A DNA stretch of 64,000 nucleotides from Bacteroidales bacterium (GTDB lineage: Bacteria; Bacteroidota; Bacteroidia; Bacteroidales; Prolixibacteraceae): contig JAAYDJ010000038.1 of assembly GCA_012729335.1 (NCBI GenBank), positions 11,887-75,886 of the forward strand, read 5' to 3'. Position numbers and translations under genes: made by a program. Below the pieces are notes generated by a model, which was given only the letters and a program-made list of their open reading frames with translations, had not been told where the DNA came from and did no database searches. Position 1 is the first letter of the stretch. Every line of letters begins with the position of its first letter. Positions 8,913 to 20,006 of this stretch are shown here, piece after piece.

Positions 8913-9656
8913 ATGGAAAACAACATCGGGCTGGCAGCCCGCGTACTCAGACAATCCTCCTTCAATATGGCCTTTACGGGAGCTGGCATCAGTGTCGAAA
9001 GCGGCATCCCCCCCTTCAGAGGCGAAAACGGCCTCTGGAACCGCTATGACCCCGAGGTCCTGGATATCAACTATTTCATGGAACACGGCGCCGAATGTTG
9101 GAAAACCATCAGAGAAATTTTCTACGACTATTTCGGAAAGGCACAACCCAATTCAGGCCATCTGGCCCTGGCCGAAATGGAAAGGAAAGGATGGCTACAG
9201 GCCATCGTCACCCAGAACATCGACGGCCTCCACCAAAAGGCCGGAAACCACAAAGTCTTTGAATTCCACGGAGGCTCCGGAATCCTGGTCTGCCCCAAAT
9301 GCGCCTCCACCTGGACCGCCGATGAATCGGACCTTGAAAATCTGCCCCCGCGCTGCAAATACGACGGCCAGATCCTCAAACCTAACTTCGTTTTCTTCGG
9401 AGAGGGCATCCCCACCGACGCCTGGAACCTCTCCTTCGACAGCGCCGCCCAATGCGAGGTGTGCCTGATCGTGGGATCCACGGGTGAGGTCGTCCCTGCC
9501 TCCTTCGTTCCCAGGAAAGCCCGCGACCGCGGCGCTTACATCATCGAAATCAACCCCGAACGCTCCCAGTTCACCGACCAACTGACCGACCTCTGGCTCA
9601 GAGGAAATGCCGGCGACATCCTTCCCCAGCTCCTTCTTGAAATGGGGAAAATCTAA
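8913..9656 (+). CDS. cobB: NAD-dependent protein deacylase (Sir2 family)
   Basis: GAGISVESGIPPFRG, QNIDGLH, a zinc-ribbon Cys pair CPKC, and FFGE. A compact 247-aa stand-alone sirtuin. Confidence 0.85.
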   Translation: MENNIGLAARVLRQSSFNMAFTGAGISVESGIPPFRGENGLWNRYDPEVLDINYFMEHGAECWKTIREIFYDYFGKAQPNSGHLALAEMERKGWLQAIVTQNIDGLHQKAGNHKVFEFHGGSGILVCPKCASTWTADESDLENLPPRCKYDGQILKPNFVFFGEGIPTDAWNLSFDSAAQCEVCLIVGSTGEVVPASFVPRKARDRGAYIIEINPERSQFTDQLTDLWLRGNAGDILPQLLLEMGKI

Positions 9657-9773
9657 CCCCTCCCTGACAATCCCTGATTTTAACGTCATCTCCTTTCCTG
9701 CACACGTGCCTTACCGGTTTGCGGCTCTCAGAGGCCTCCACATACGGGCCGTCGCTTTGTATCACATTTTATT

Positions 9774-9781
9774 TACCTTTG
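9774..9781 (+). promoter_or_regulatory. TAnnTTTG -7 promoter element upstream of fabG
   Basis: tacctttg, 23 nt upstream of ATG 9804. Confidence 0.45.
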
Positions 9782-9803
9782 CAAAATAAAAAGAGTTATT
9801 AGT

Positions 9804-10550
9804 ATGCTATTACTGGAAGGAAAAACAGCCATTGTGACCGGGGCTTCCCGAGGAATCGGAAAAGCCATCGCCCTGAAGTTTGCCGCCCAGGGGTGCCAGG
9901 TCGCCTTTACCGACCTGTTCAGGGATGAGAATATGATCCAAACCGAGAATGAGCTCCTGGCATTGGGCGTCAAAGCCAAGGGCTATGCCTCGAATGCCGC
10001 CGATTTCGGCGATACCGACCGGGTCGTCGCGGAAATCGTGGCCGACTTCGGCGCCGCCGATATCCTGGTCAACAATGCGGGTATCACCAAAGACACCCTG
10101 CTGATGCGGATGACCGAAGAGCAGTGGGATGCTGTGATCAATGTAAACCTCAAGTCGGTGTTCAACTTCACCAAGGCGGTGCAGAAAACCATGCTTAAAC
10201 AGCGCGCCGGCTCCATCATTAACATGAGTTCCGTGGTAGGGGTCAGCGGTAATGCCGGACAGGCCAACTATTCTGCCTCGAAGGCGGGCATCATCGGATT
10301 TACCAAATCGGTGGCCCGCGAATTGGGCTCCCGCGGTATCCGCTCCAACGCCATCGCACCCGGCTTTATCATCACCGAAATGACGGCGAAAATCCCTGAA
10401 GAGGCCCGTAAAGCCTGGGAAGAATCCATTCCTATGAAAAGAGGGGGTACCCCTGAAGAGGTGGCCAATGTGGCCCTTTTCCTGGCTTCCGACCTCTCTT
10501 CCTATGTCAGCGGACAGGTGCTCAGCGTTTGCGGAGCCATGAAAACCTGA
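9804..10550 (+). CDS. fabG: 3-oxoacyl-[acyl-carrier-protein] reductase
   Basis: SDR motifs TGASRGIGKAIA, NNAG and YSASKAG. 248 aa with end-to-end FabG-like sequence. Confidence 0.9.
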   Translation: MLLLEGKTAIVTGASRGIGKAIALKFAAQGCQVAFTDLFRDENMIQTENELLALGVKAKGYASNAADFGDTDRVVAEIVADFGAADILVNNAGITKDTLLMRMTEEQWDAVINVNLKSVFNFTKAVQKTMLKQRAGSIINMSSVVGVSGNAGQANYSASKAGIIGFTKSVARELGSRGIRSNAIAPGFIITEMTAKIPEEARKAWEESIPMKRGGTPEEVANVALFLASDLSSYVSGQVLSVCGAMKT

Positions 10551-10634
10551 CCCCTGGCCGAAAAAAGCCGGTCACATAGAGAGCCATCCGGAAAAAAAGT
10601 GTAAATTAGGATTAATTTAAATCCTGACTTCCAC

Positions 10635-12536
10635 ATGTCAAACAAGCCGCTGGCATACCGGTTAGGGTTGTATATCTCTGCAGCCGTGCTCTTTGTCTAT
10701 TCCCTGTTCATCATCTGGGCATACCAGTACAATTTCATGCTGGCGGAAAGGGATGCAGCCCATAATGCCAGGGCAATCATCAATGATATTGTAGATGTGG
10801 TCAGGGAAAAGGTGATCTCCACCCAGGAGGTGGCAGCCAACATGGCTGTGCAGTTTCCCTTCTACCACCAGCACGGAGCTACCGGGGAATTCCTGCAGGG
10901 CATCCTTCGGAAGTATCCCCACATCTGGTCCATCAGGATCAGAATGACCCCCTACGGCGATCCCGGGAAGCAGTTTTACCTCATGTCATCACGTGACGAT
11001 ACCACTGCAGCCTTTACCCAGTGCCAGGAATGCCCGGGGGTGTGCATCGATGACAAAATTGCCGCTGAGAACATACTCTCCAAAGGAATACCTTTCTGGT
11101 CGGAACCTTTCCGCTGTGCCCAAAACCAGCTGATCCTCTCCGTATACCGGTTCCCTTTTGTCCATACCAGCGATTCCGGAGATACCCTGCTGACCGGTGT
11201 GGTCGCCTGCCAGGTCTCCCTCGACTTCCTACAGGATCTCATCGAATCTGTCCCCAAAATTGGGGAGGGATTTGCTTTTCTGATCTCCGCCAAAGGCATG
11301 TTCATCACCCACCCCTTTAGAGAATATGAACTGACCCGGTCCATATACCGGCTGCCTAAAGAAATCTATCCCTATGATTCGGCCACCATTGCCCGTGATT
11401 TCGTACAAAACCAACAACCCATCACGGTATTCCCTCATCCATTGGATTATAAGAAATCATGGGCCTATCCAACGCTTATCCCTGAAAACAACTGGATCAT
11501 TGCCTTTGTAATGCCCTATTCCGTGTTCTACAGGGACCTCAATTGGCTTCTTCTGCGTATGATTCTGGTTTCCACAGTAGTCGCCGCGCTGATCTTTTTC
11601 CTGGTCTTTGCCATTTCCAGGAGACTCATGCAACCGATTTCCAAAATCAGCAGGGAGCTCCACAATTTCAGCATCGAAAAACTGGATCTCGGGCCAGGCG
11701 TGAATAATGAAACCGTCATGCTCCAGGAAAGTCTGGTACGCCTCCAGAAACAGTACGAAAGAAACCTTCAGAGCGAAAAAGAACTGAGCCTGCGTCGGGC
11801 ACGCCTCCGGGCCGACATTCAGCTGGCTTCCGAAATCCAGAGAAGCTTCATCCCTCCCGCTGGAAACCACTACCTGCATGATGCCGGCCTCGCCATCCAT
11901 GCCGTGTATAAACCCCTTCTGACTGTCAGCGGCGACCTCTTCGACTTCTTTATGATCAGCGACCATAAAATGCTGGTAACCATTGGCGATGTCTCCGGTG
12001 GAGGTATCCCTGCCGCACTGTTCATGGGTATAGCCCATACCTTTATCAAGAGCAACGCTTTTGCCGGAGATGCCAAAGATATTGTGGATCAGGTAAATAA
12101 ACTGCTGTGTAAAAACAATGCCAACCAGTTCTTCCTCTCCCTTTTTCTGGGAATCCTCGACATGGAAACCGATACCCTCAACTACTGTAATGCCGGGCAT
12201 ACTCCTTCCTTCCTGGTCCACTCTTCAAGACACGTCAGGGAACTGGGCGACCCCCACGGCCTGCCCCTGGGGCTTTTCCCCGACCGTACATACAAAGACA
12301 ACCATACCAGGTTCTCAAAAGGTGACCTGCTGATCATGTATACCGACGGGGTTTCCGAACAGCTCAATGAAAATGGGGAATTCTTCGGCGTAGACAATTT
12401 CTACAAAGTCTTTGATAAAATCAAAAACCAAACCTCGGAAGAGGTGGCCGGTATTCTCCTCGACGAATTAAGCCAATATGCAGGAGAAACCCCCCAGGGC
12501 GACGACCTCTGCCTGCTGGTCCTCAAGTACGAATAG
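10635..12536 (+). CDS. Membrane-anchored sensor with C-terminal SpoIIE/PP2C-type serine phosphatase domain
   Basis: N-terminal TM helix, a periplasmic-looking sensor region of about 270 aa, a second TM helix and a HAMP-like linker. The PP2C region shows GDVSGGGIPAALFMG, YTDGVSE and DDLCLLVLKY. Confidence 0.8.
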   Translation: MSNKPLAYRLGLYISAAVLFVYSLFIIWAYQYNFMLAERDAAHNARAIINDIVDVVREKVISTQEVAANMAVQFPFYHQHGATGEFLQGILRKYPHIWSIRIRMTPYGDPGKQFYLMSSRDDTTAAFTQCQECPGVCIDDKIAAENILSKGIPFWSEPFRCAQNQLILSVYRFPFVHTSDSGDTLLTGVVACQVSLDFLQDLIESVPKIGEGFAFLISAKGMFITHPFREYELTRSIYRLPKEIYPYDSATIARDFVQNQQPITVFPHPLDYKKSWAYPTLIPENNWIIAFVMPYSVFYRDLNWLLLRMILVSTVVAALIFFLVFAISRRLMQPISKISRELHNFSIEKLDLGPGVNNETVMLQESLVRLQKQYERNLQSEKELSLRRARLRADIQLASEIQRSFIPPAGNHYLHDAGLAIHAVYKPLLTVSGDLFDFFMISDHKMLVTIGDVSGGGIPAALFMGIAHTFIKSNAFAGDAKDIVDQVNKLLCKNNANQFFLSLFLGILDMETDTLNYCNAGHTPSFLVHSSRHVRELGDPHGLPLGLFPDRTYKDNHTRFSKGDLLIMYTDGVSEQLNENGEFFGVDNFYKVFDKIKNQTSEEVAGILLDELSQYAGETPQGDDLCLLVLKYE

Positions 12537-12568
12537 GGGAGGGCGCATCAGGCGAAACTCCCACCTGG

Positions 12569-15100
12569 TCAGGCCTGGTCTTCCACCTTACTCTCCGCAG
12601 GCACCACCCTGAATTGTAACTTGTCGTTCGCACTGTCCAGTTCCACGGAAATGGCATCTCCCGCATGAACCGTCGACTTGATGATGATCTCGGCCAACTC
12701 ATCCTCGAGATATTTCTGGATGGCCCTCTTCAGCGGCCGTGCTCCAAACTGCGGATCATAACCCTTGTCGGCGATGAAATCCTTGGCTTCCTCTGAAAGT
12801 ACCAGCTTGTAATTCAACGACTCCACACGCTTGTACAAATCGCCGATCTCCAGATCGATAATCTGATGGATATGCCCTTTGTCCAAAGCATTGAACATGA
12901 TCACATCATCGATGCGGTTCAGAAATTCCGGGGCAAATGCCTTCTTAAGGGCTTTCTGAATGATGTACTTGGCATTTTCATTCTCATCGGCCGAACTCTT
13001 GCCTGTGTTAAAGCCAACTCCCCGGCCGAAATCCTTCAGATCACGGCTGCCGATGTTGGAGGTCATGATGATAATGGTATTCCTGAAGTCCACTACCCGC
13101 CCCAGACTGTCGGTCAGGCGCCCTTCGTCGAGCATCTGCAACAACAGGTGGAATACATCGGGATGGGCTTTCTCAATCTCGTCGAGCAACACCACCGAAT
13201 AGGGCTTGCGTCTCACCTTCTCGGTGAGCTGGCCCCCTTCCTCATACCCCACATACCCGGGAGGAGCCCCCACCAGACGGGAAACACTGAACTTCTCAAT
13301 GTATTCGCTCATGTCGATGCGTACCAATGCATCGATGCTGTCAAATAAATAGGTGGCCAGCACTTTGGCCAACTGGGTTTTACCTACACCTGTGGGCCCC
13401 AGGAAAATGAAAGAGCCGATGGGCCGGTTGGGATCCTTCAGTCCGGCACGGTTCCGCTGGATCGCCTTCACAACCTTGGCAATGGCTTCGTCCTGACCAA
13501 TCACCTTTCCCCTCAGATCCGCATCCATCACGGCCAGCCGCCGCCCTTCAGCCTGCGCAATCCGCTGTACCGGAACCCCCGACATCAGGGCCACCACCTC
13601 AGCTACCTTCTGCTCATCCACAATCTCACGGTGATTGATCAGCTCCTTTTCCCAGGCTTCCTTCTCCTGATCAAGCAACATGAGCAAATTCTTCTCCTTG
13701 TCGCGGAAATTCGCCGCCAGCTCAAAATTCTGACTCTTCACGGCCGCGATCTTCTCCTCACGCGTTGTTTCTATTTTCTGTTCCAGTTTGACGATTTTCT
13801 CCGGAACATTGATGTTCGAAATGTGCACCCTCGACCCTGCCTCATCCAAGGCATCAATGGCCTTGTCGGGAAGATACCTGTCGGTAATGTACCGGGCTGT
13901 CAGCTTCACACAGGCCTCAATGGCATCGGGTGTATAGAGCACATTGTGGTGATCTTCGTAACGTGACTTGATGTTGTTGAGTATCTCAATGGTCTCCTCC
14001 ACCGAGGTGGGATCCACCATGATCTTCTGAAACCGGCGCTCCAGGGCCCCGTCCTTTTCAATATGCTGGCGGTACTCGTCGAGCGTGGTGGCCCCGATGC
14101 ACTGGATCTCCCCCCGCGCCAAAGCCGGCTTCAGCATATTGGCCGCATCCAGCGAACCCGTCGCCCCCCCGGCCCCTACAATCGTGTGAATCTCATCTAT
14201 GAACAGGATCACATTGGTGACCTTCGATAACTCGTTGAGAATCGCCTTCATACGCTCCTCAAACTGCCCCCGGTACTTGGTGCCCGCCACGATCGAGGCA
14301 ATATCCAGACTGATCACCCGCTTGTCAAAAAGCAGGCGCGACACCTTCTTCTGCACAATGCGCAAGGCCAACCCTTCGGCAATCGCCGATTTGCCAACCC
14401 CCGGTTCCCCGATCAGAATGGGATTGTTCTTCTTGCGGCGACTCAGAATCTGCGCCAACCGCTCGATCTCCTTCTCACGGCCTACAATCGGATCCAGACT
14501 ATTCTCCTCTGCCAGCCGCGTGATGTCTATCCCGAAATTGTCAAGCACCGGGGTGTCGGTCTTGGGATTCGAAGGCTTCTTCTGTCCCCCCGACGCCCCC
14601 TGCTTCTTCCCAAAGGGATCTTCGGAATCGTCATCTTCATTCTCCGGATATTCCGACTTCGCCTTGGGCTGCTTGTAATCCTGTATCTGCGCCCTCACCA
14701 GATAATAATTCACCCCGGCATCCCCCAACAGGTTGGATACCAAATTGTCGATGTCCTTAAGCAGGGCCAGTAACAAATGGCCGCTGTTGGCCAGCTGGCT
14801 CTTAAATGACCTCGCTTCCAGGGAAATGACCTTCAGCGCCTTCTCCGCAGGCTTCGACATGGCCACCTGGGCATCCAGATCAATCTTCCGGTTCGACCTG
14901 ATCTTTGTCTCAATCTGCTTCTTGATGTCGCCCAGATCTACCCCCAGGTTCTGAAGGATCTCCGTAGCCATCCCTTCACCGTCACGCAATATCCCTAAAA
15001 AAAGATGCTCCGGCCCGATGTAATCATTCCCCAGCCTGATGGCTTCCTCCCGGCTGTAAGCAATGATGTCTTTTATCCTTGGTGAAAACTGTGATTCCAT
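12569..15100 (-). CDS. clpC: ATP-dependent Clp protease ATP-binding subunit ClpC
   Basis: Clp N-domain repeats. Walker A motifs [13 protein letters not shown] and [15 protein letters not shown]-like segment [16 protein letters not shown]. 843 aa. Confidence 0.9.
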   Translation of the reverse strand: MESQFSPRIKDIIAYSREEAIRLGNDYIGPEHLFLGILRDGEGMATEILQNLGVDLGDIKKQIETKIRSNRKIDLDAQVAMSKPAEKALKVISLEARSFKSQLANSGHLLLALLKDIDNLVSNLLGDAGVNYYLVRAQIQDYKQPKAKSEYPENEDDDSEDPFGKKQGASGGQKKPSNPKTDTPVLDNFGIDITRLAEENSLDPIVGREKEIERLAQILSRRKKNNPILIGEPGVGKSAIAEGLALRIVQKKVSRLLFDKRVISLDIASIVAGTKYRGQFEERMKAILNELSKVTNVILFIDEIHTIVGAGGATGSLDAANMLKPALARGEIQCIGATTLDEYRQHIEKDGALERRFQKIMVDPTSVEETIEILNNIKSRYEDHHNVLYTPDAIEACVKLTARYITDRYLPDKAIDALDEAGSRVHISNINVPEKIVKLEQKIETTREEKIAAVKSQNFELAANFRDKEKNLLMLLDQEKEAWEKELINHREIVDEQKVAEVVALMSGVPVQRIAQAEGRRLAVMDADLRGKVIGQDEAIAKVVKAIQRNRAGLKDPNRPIGSFIFLGPTGVGKTQLAKVLATYLFDSIDALVRIDMSEYIEKFSVSRLVGAPPGYVGYEEGGQLTEKVRRKPYSVVLLDEIEKAHPDVFHLLLQMLDEGRLTDSLGRVVDFRNTIIIMTSNIGSRDLKDFGRGVGFNTGKSSADENENAKYIIQKALKKAFAPEFLNRIDDVIMFNALDKGHIHQIIDLEIGDLYKRVESLNYKLVLSEEAKDFIADKGYDPQFGARPLKRAIQKYLEDELAEIIIKSTVHAGDAISVELDSANDKLQFRVVPAESKVEDQA

Positions 15101-15157
15101 ACCTTCTTATTAAACTGACTTCTATCCCCAACAAAAATTGTTCCTAAAAGTTTTAAT

Positions 15158-15165
15158 CAAAAATA
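15158..15165 (-). promoter_or_regulatory. TAnnTTTG -7 promoter element upstream of clpC
   Basis: The minus strand reads tatttttg, 58 nt upstream of ATG 15100. Confidence 0.4.
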
Positions 15166-15319
15166 GTAAAAAAAAAGGGCATCAGGGCCCGACAACCTGT
15201 CAAGTTTATCCCCAACATTACCGGAGAGAGGTACCCCTTAGGATGAAAAATGTTAATATTTTATTCCCTTCAAGGGAGGAAGTGGAACCCTAAAATGCCT
15301 TTTTGGCAGGGATTTTTAC

Positions 15320-15327
15320 TACTTTTG
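15320..15327 (+). promoter_or_regulatory. TAnnTTTG -7 promoter element upstream of gyrA
   Basis: tacttttg, 47 nt upstream of ATG 15374. A small hairpin ccggcaaaatgccgg follows in the leader. Confidence 0.45.
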
Positions 15328-15373
15328 CGAGTCCGGCAAAATGCCGGGCATTTAATTAAAATTAATCCGTTAA

Positions 15374-17872
15374 ATGGCTGACAGCGAAAAAATTATCAGG
15401 GTAAATATTGAAGAGCAGATGAAATCTGCCTATATCGATTACTCCATGTCGGTGATCGTATCCCGTGCCCTGCCCGATGTGCGTGACGGTCTCAAACCGG
15501 TTCACCGCAGGGTGCTCTTCGGAATGAATGAACTGGGAACCCTTTCCAACAAACCTTATAAAAAATCAGCGAGAATCGTGGGGGAGGTCATGGGTAAGTT
15601 CCATCCCCACGGCGATTCATCGGTCTACCTCACCATGGTGAGGATGGCCCAGGAGTGGTCGCTGCGTTACCCCCTGGTCGACGGTCAGGGAAACTTCGGA
15701 TCGGTCGACGGCGACAGTCCGGCCGCCATGCGTTATACCGAAGCCCGCCTTTCGCGGATCGCCGAGGAAACCCTGGCTGACCTCGAAAAGAATACGGTGG
15801 ACTTCCAGCCCAACTTCGACGAATCGATGCAGGAACCCACCGTGCTGCCTACCCGCCTGCCCAACCTGCTGGTCAACGGCACCTCCGGCATCGCCGTGGG
15901 GATGGCCACCAACATGCCCCCCCATAACCTCAGCGATACCGTCGACGCGATCGTGGCCTACATCGCCAACCCCGAAATCCCCGTCGAAGAACTCATAAAA
16001 ATCATCAAAGCCCCCGATTTCCCCACAGGAGGAACCATCTATGGCTATCAGGGAGTCAGGGAAGCCTACGAAACCGGCAGGGGCAGAATCGTGATCCGCG
16101 GTAAGGCCCATATCGAAAACGAGGGCGGCCGTGAGAAAATTATCGTCACCGAGATCCCCTACATGGTCAACCGTGCCGAGATGATCCAGAAAACCGCCGA
16201 CCTGATCAACGAAAAGAAAATCGAAGGCATTTCCAATGTCAACGATGAGTCTGACCGCGAAGGGATGAGGGTGGTCTACGACCTGAAAAAGGACGCCATG
16301 AGCAACGTGGTGCTTAACAGCCTTTATAAATACACCCAGTTGCAGACCTCCTTCAATGTCAACAACATCACGCTGGTACACGGCCGGCCGCGTACCCTGA
16401 ACCTGAAGGAACTCATCCGCTATTTCGTGGAACACCGCCATGACGTGGTCACCCGCCGTACCCGCTACGAACTGGAACAGGCCGAAAAAAGGGCCCATAT
16501 CCTCGAAGGCCTCATCATCGCCAGCGATCACATCGACGAGGTCATCGCCATCATCCGCAGTTCCAAAACCCCCGACGAAGCCAGGGAAAGACTTATCGAA
16601 CGTTTCACGCTCTCCGAAATCCAGGCCCGCGCCATCGTCGAAATGAGGCTCCGCCAGCTGACAGGCCTCGAACAGGAAAAACTACATGCCGAATACGAAG
16701 CCCTTCTGAAACAGATCGAATACTACAAGGAAGTCCTTGCCAATGACCACCTGCTGATGGGGATCATCCGCGAGGAGCTCCTGGAACTTAAAGCCAAATT
16801 CGGCGATGGACGCCGTACCGATATCGAGTATGACGCCGAAGATTTTAACCCCGAGGATTTCTACGCCGACGAGGATATGATCATCACCATTTCCCACCTC
16901 GGCTATATCAAGCGCACACCGCTCACCGAATTCAAAACCCAGGGGAGGGGAGGGGTCGGTTCCCGCGGAGGAGCTACCCGGGAAGAAGACTTTATCGAAC
17001 ATATGTTCGTGGCTTCCATGCATAGCACGCTGTTGCTTTTCACAAAGAACGGGCGTTGCTATTGGCTGAAAGTATACCAGATTCCGGAAGGTAGCCGCAC
17101 AAGCAAGGGGCGTGCTATTCAGAACATACTGAATATCAGCGCAGAGGACAGTATTCTCGCTTATATCAGGGTCAAAACCCTGGAAGACCGCGACTTCATC
17201 AACAACAACTACATTATTCTGGCCACCAGAAAGGGGGTCATCAAGAAGACGACCCTCGAAGCTTACAGCCGGCCGCGCCTGAACGGGGTAAACGCCATCA
17301 CCATCAGGGAGGGGGATGCGTTGCTGGAAGCCCGCCGCACCAGTGGAAACCACGAAATCATGATGGCCATCCGCAGCGGTAAAGCCATCCGTTTCAACGA
17401 GTCGATTGTACGGCCCATCGGGCGCACCGCCTCGGGAGTCAAAGGCGTAACCCTTGCTAATGAAGCAGATGAGGTTATTGGCATGATTTGTGTAAATGAT
17501 CCTGAAGACGACGTTCTGGTGTTATCGGAGAACGGCTTCGGAAAGCGATCGAGCCTGGCCGACTATCCGATCACCAACAGAGGGGGAAAAGGCGTGAAGA
17601 CCATCCACATCACGGAAAAGACCGGCAAGCTGATTGCCATCAAGAACGTGAGCGATGATAACGACCTGATGATCATTACCCAGAACGGACTGACCATACG
17701 GGTGGCCGTAAAAACCATCCGTGTCATGGGAAGGGCCGCACAGGGAGTCAAGATCATCAACCTGAAGGACAACGACAGGATCGCTTCGGTGGCCAAGGTG
17801 AGAAGTTACGAGAGTGAAGAGCCTGCAAAGGAGGAAACAACCGAAACCGAAAACCCGCCACAGGAGCAATAA
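15374..17872 (+). CDS. gyrA: DNA gyrase subunit A
   Basis: DGLKPVHRR, the catalytic-Tyr motif [10 protein letters not shown], and C-terminal beta-pinwheel repeats. 832 aa. Confidence 0.97.
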   Translation: MADSEKIIRVNIEEQMKSAYIDYSMSVIVSRALPDVRDGLKPVHRRVLFGMNELGTLSNKPYKKSARIVGEVMGKFHPHGDSSVYLTMVRMAQEWSLRYPLVDGQGNFGSVDGDSPAAMRYTEARLSRIAEETLADLEKNTVDFQPNFDESMQEPTVLPTRLPNLLVNGTSGIAVGMATNMPPHNLSDTVDAIVAYIANPEIPVEELIKIIKAPDFPTGGTIYGYQGVREAYETGRGRIVIRGKAHIENEGGREKIIVTEIPYMVNRAEMIQKTADLINEKKIEGISNVNDESDREGMRVVYDLKKDAMSNVVLNSLYKYTQLQTSFNVNNITLVHGRPRTLNLKELIRYFVEHRHDVVTRRTRYELEQAEKRAHILEGLIIASDHIDEVIAIIRSSKTPDEARERLIERFTLSEIQARAIVEMRLRQLTGLEQEKLHAEYEALLKQIEYYKEVLANDHLLMGIIREELLELKAKFGDGRRTDIEYDAEDFNPEDFYADEDMIITISHLGYIKRTPLTEFKTQGRGGVGSRGGATREEDFIEHMFVASMHSTLLLFTKNGRCYWLKVYQIPEGSRTSKGRAIQNILNISAEDSILAYIRVKTLEDRDFINNNYIILATRKGVIKKTTLEAYSRPRLNGVNAITIREGDALLEARRTSGNHEIMMAIRSGKAIRFNESIVRPIGRTASGVKGVTLANEADEVIGMICVNDPEDDVLVLSENGFGKRSSLADYPITNRGGKGVKTIHITEKTGKLIAIKNVSDDNDLMIITQNGLTIRVAVKTIRVMGRAAQGVKIINLKDNDRIASVAKVRSYESEEPAKEETTETENPPQEQ

Positions 17873-17910
17873 ATTGAATTATAAATTATTGTAAGGAATG
17901 AGAAATCCTC

Positions 17911-17918
17911 TATTTTTG
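17911..17918 (+). promoter_or_regulatory. TAnnTTTG -7 promoter element upstream of the TPR protein gene
   Basis: tatttttg, 28 nt upstream of ATG 17946. Confidence 0.45.
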
Positions 17919-17945
17919 TGTCAAACTATAATTAAAACATCTGAA

Positions 17946-19118
17946 ATGAAAAAATCATTGATTCTGCTCACCTTCGTTTTCTTAACAAGTGTAGCTTTCG
18001 CCCAGAAAGGGGTTTCCGGAGCGCTTTCGGCCAAGGAACAGGGGAAACTGGACAAGGCACTGGAAGCCATCGAAGCGGTGATCAATAGCACCAATCCAAA
18101 GGATGCCAAAACCATCAACAATCCGCGTACCTGGGAAGTCCGGGGAGAAATCCTTCAGGCCATCGCCCAGTCCAAGGATGCCAATGTGAAGAAACTCGCG
18201 GCCGACCCGCTGGCTGAAGCCCTTAAATCTTACAAGAAAGCGCTCGAACTTGACACCAAAGGCCGCAATGCCAACAGCGTCAAGATCAAGTTGACCCTCA
18301 TGGAAAACGACTTCATGAACCAGGCCGTCGAAGCTTTCAATAACGAGGACTATAACAAAGCCATGCTTTCCTTCGAGCAGATGCTGGATATGAAACAGCT
18401 GCCCGTCATCAGGAAAGACAATCCCAACGCCATCGATACGGTGATCATTTTCAATGCCGGTCTCGCCGCCTTCAATGCAAAGAATTATGAGAAAGCCATC
18501 CAGTATTACAAGGAAGCCGCAAAATATGGCTACAACGGCGGCCGTACCTATTCGCTGCTCTCCAAAGCCCACCTTGAGAACAAGGACACCCTGACCGCCA
18601 TCACGGCCCTCAACGAAGCCTTTGAGAAATATCCGACCGACAACAGCGTCCTGGTGGAGATGATCAACGTGTACATCAGCACCAAGAAAACCGATGAGGC
18701 CATGAAATACCTCTCCCTGGCCATCGAACAGGACCCGACCAACCCGTCATACTATTTCGCACAGGGATCGCTCCTCGACGGAATGGGACAACAGGATGAC
18801 GCCGTTAAAAGCTACGAAAAAGCCATCGAACTCAACAAGGAGTTCTACGATGCCTACTATAACCTCGGCGCCCTCTATTATAACAACGGCGTAAAACAGA
18901 TCGAAGTGGCCAACAAGGTGCCCGCCAACGATAACAAAAAATATGAAGAGGAACTGGCCAAATCAGACATTTGGTTCGCCAAAGCGCTGCCTTTCATGGA
19001 GAAATGCCAGGAACTCAAACCGGGTGACCCGTACTCGCTCGAATCACTCAAAAATCTCTACTACAGGCTTAAACAACTCGACAAATACGAAGAAGTCCTT
19101 AAAAAGCTGGGACAGTAG
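17946..19118 (+). CDS. Secreted tetratricopeptide-repeat protein
   Basis: Signal peptide MKKSLILLTFVFLTSVAFAQ. Repeated TPR-like 34-aa units (for example YEKAIQYYKEAAKYGY and AVKSYEKAIELNKEFYDAYYNLGALYYN). Confidence 0.8.
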   Translation: MKKSLILLTFVFLTSVAFAQKGVSGALSAKEQGKLDKALEAIEAVINSTNPKDAKTINNPRTWEVRGEILQAIAQSKDANVKKLAADPLAEALKSYKKALELDTKGRNANSVKIKLTLMENDFMNQAVEAFNNEDYNKAMLSFEQMLDMKQLPVIRKDNPNAIDTVIIFNAGLAAFNAKNYEKAIQYYKEAAKYGYNGGRTYSLLSKAHLENKDTLTAITALNEAFEKYPTDNSVLVEMINVYISTKKTDEAMKYLSLAIEQDPTNPSYYFAQGSLLDGMGQQDDAVKSYEKAIELNKEFYDAYYNLGALYYNNGVKQIEVANKVPANDNKKYEEELAKSDIWFAKALPFMEKCQELKPGDPYSLESLKNLYYRLKQLDKYEEVLKKLGQ

Positions 19119-19122
19119 CTAT

Positions 19123-19155
19123 AAAAGGGGAGACCAAAAATCTCCCTTTTCTTTC
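19123..19155 (+). terminator. Rho-independent terminator after the TPR gene
   Basis: aaaaggggaga-ccaaaaa-tctccctttt stem-loop (one bulged g) followed by a T-rich ctttc run. Confidence 0.6.
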
Positions 19156-19230
19156 ACCCTATTCATTTAACATAATATCAATTATAGGACAAAAGGGGTA
19201 TTCCTTCCGCAAGCCGCTCCAGTACCCTTT

Positions 19231-19328
19231 ATTCAGGTATTTGCATCCGATACAACTGTCAGGCGCCATTATTCAGGTTTTGCGTCAGGTACAACTGTCA
19301 GGCGCCATTATTCAGGTTTTGCGTCAGG
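19231..19328. repeat. 39-40 bp tandem repeat (2.5 copies) spanning the stop codon of the TonB-C-like gene
   Basis: Copies at 19231-19270, 19271-19309, and a partial one at 19310-19328. The partial copy is the genuine 3' end of CDS 19308-19856. Confidence 0.85.
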
Positions 19329-19856
19329 CGCAGCGCTCCGGCCGATCGTAATCGTATAACCATATCCCTGACCCTTATTCTTTCCGGCGTCTCCCGGAAT
19401 CTCTCCGGATATTTTCGATTCTCCGGGCTGCAAAGTTTTGCGGCTTTTCTCCGGAACCATTTCCTGACGTTCTGCCGGCTTGTAATTGTACACCACTGTA
19501 CGCTGCTCTTCAGGAAGCGTTTCCTTTGCTTTCTTCCGTAGATAGCCGTTCAGATCAAAATGAATTCTCAAACGATGTCTGACCTTGAGCCGGAGCCCAC
19601 GGTTGTTTACCCCGCCATAACGGAGACCAGAAACCAGCCTGACGGCCTCTTCATCGCAACCATGCCCCAATCCTTTCTCCACCACCACCTCCGAGACCAA
19701 TCCGTTGTCATTGATCACGGCTGATAACCAAACCGTTCCGGATATCTTCTCCCGGAGGGCTTCCTCCGGATATATCAGATTATCAGATATATACCTCTTT
19801 AACTCATCTTTTCCGCCGGGGTATTCCGGATAATGGAGAAAATTCTTCCTTTTCAC
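19308..19856 (-). CDS. TonB C-terminal-domain protein, no visible signal peptide or anchor
   Basis: YPEYPGGKDELKRYISDNLIYPEEALREKISGTVWLSAVINDNGLVSEVVVEKGLGHGCDEEAVRLV matches the TonB_C fold pattern. The only available start is GTG, directly after an in-frame stop. The tail is low-complexity and K/E/P-rich. Confidence 0.6.
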   Translation of the reverse strand: MKRKNFLHYPEYPGGKDELKRYISDNLIYPEEALREKISGTVWLSAVINDNGLVSEVVVEKGLGHGCDEEAVRLVSGLRYGGVNNRGLRLKVRHRLRIHFDLNGYLRKKAKETLPEEQRTVVYNYKPAERQEMVPEKSRKTLQPGESKISGEIPGDAGKNKGQGYGYTITIGRSAAPDAKPE

Positions 19857-19892
19857 TCAGGCAGTATCTAAATTACTTTGCACTTATCAGTA

Positions 19893-19900
19893 CAAATATA
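19893..19900 (-). promoter_or_regulatory. TAnnTTTG -7 promoter element upstream of the TonB-C-like gene
   Basis: The minus strand reads tatatttg, 37 nt upstream of GTG 19856. Confidence 0.4.
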
Positions 19901-20006
19901 CACATTTCCTGCTGATTCCACATGGAATTGGAAGGAACTATTGTGTTGTACGTCAGTAAAATAGATCAGAAATGACGGTTTAGTACACCGTATTCGTGAC
20001 GCCTGA

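Noticed and set aside
8913-9656. The Sir2-family gene as part of an anti-phage system (Thoeris ThsA, DSR or SIR2-HerA type).
   Set aside because: It is a compact 247-aa canonical sirtuin with the GAGIS...QNIDGLH motifs and a zinc ribbon. It has no SLOG, TIR, HerA or other partner domain or gene, and it sits between mnmE and fabG. This fits a housekeeping CobB-like deacylase.
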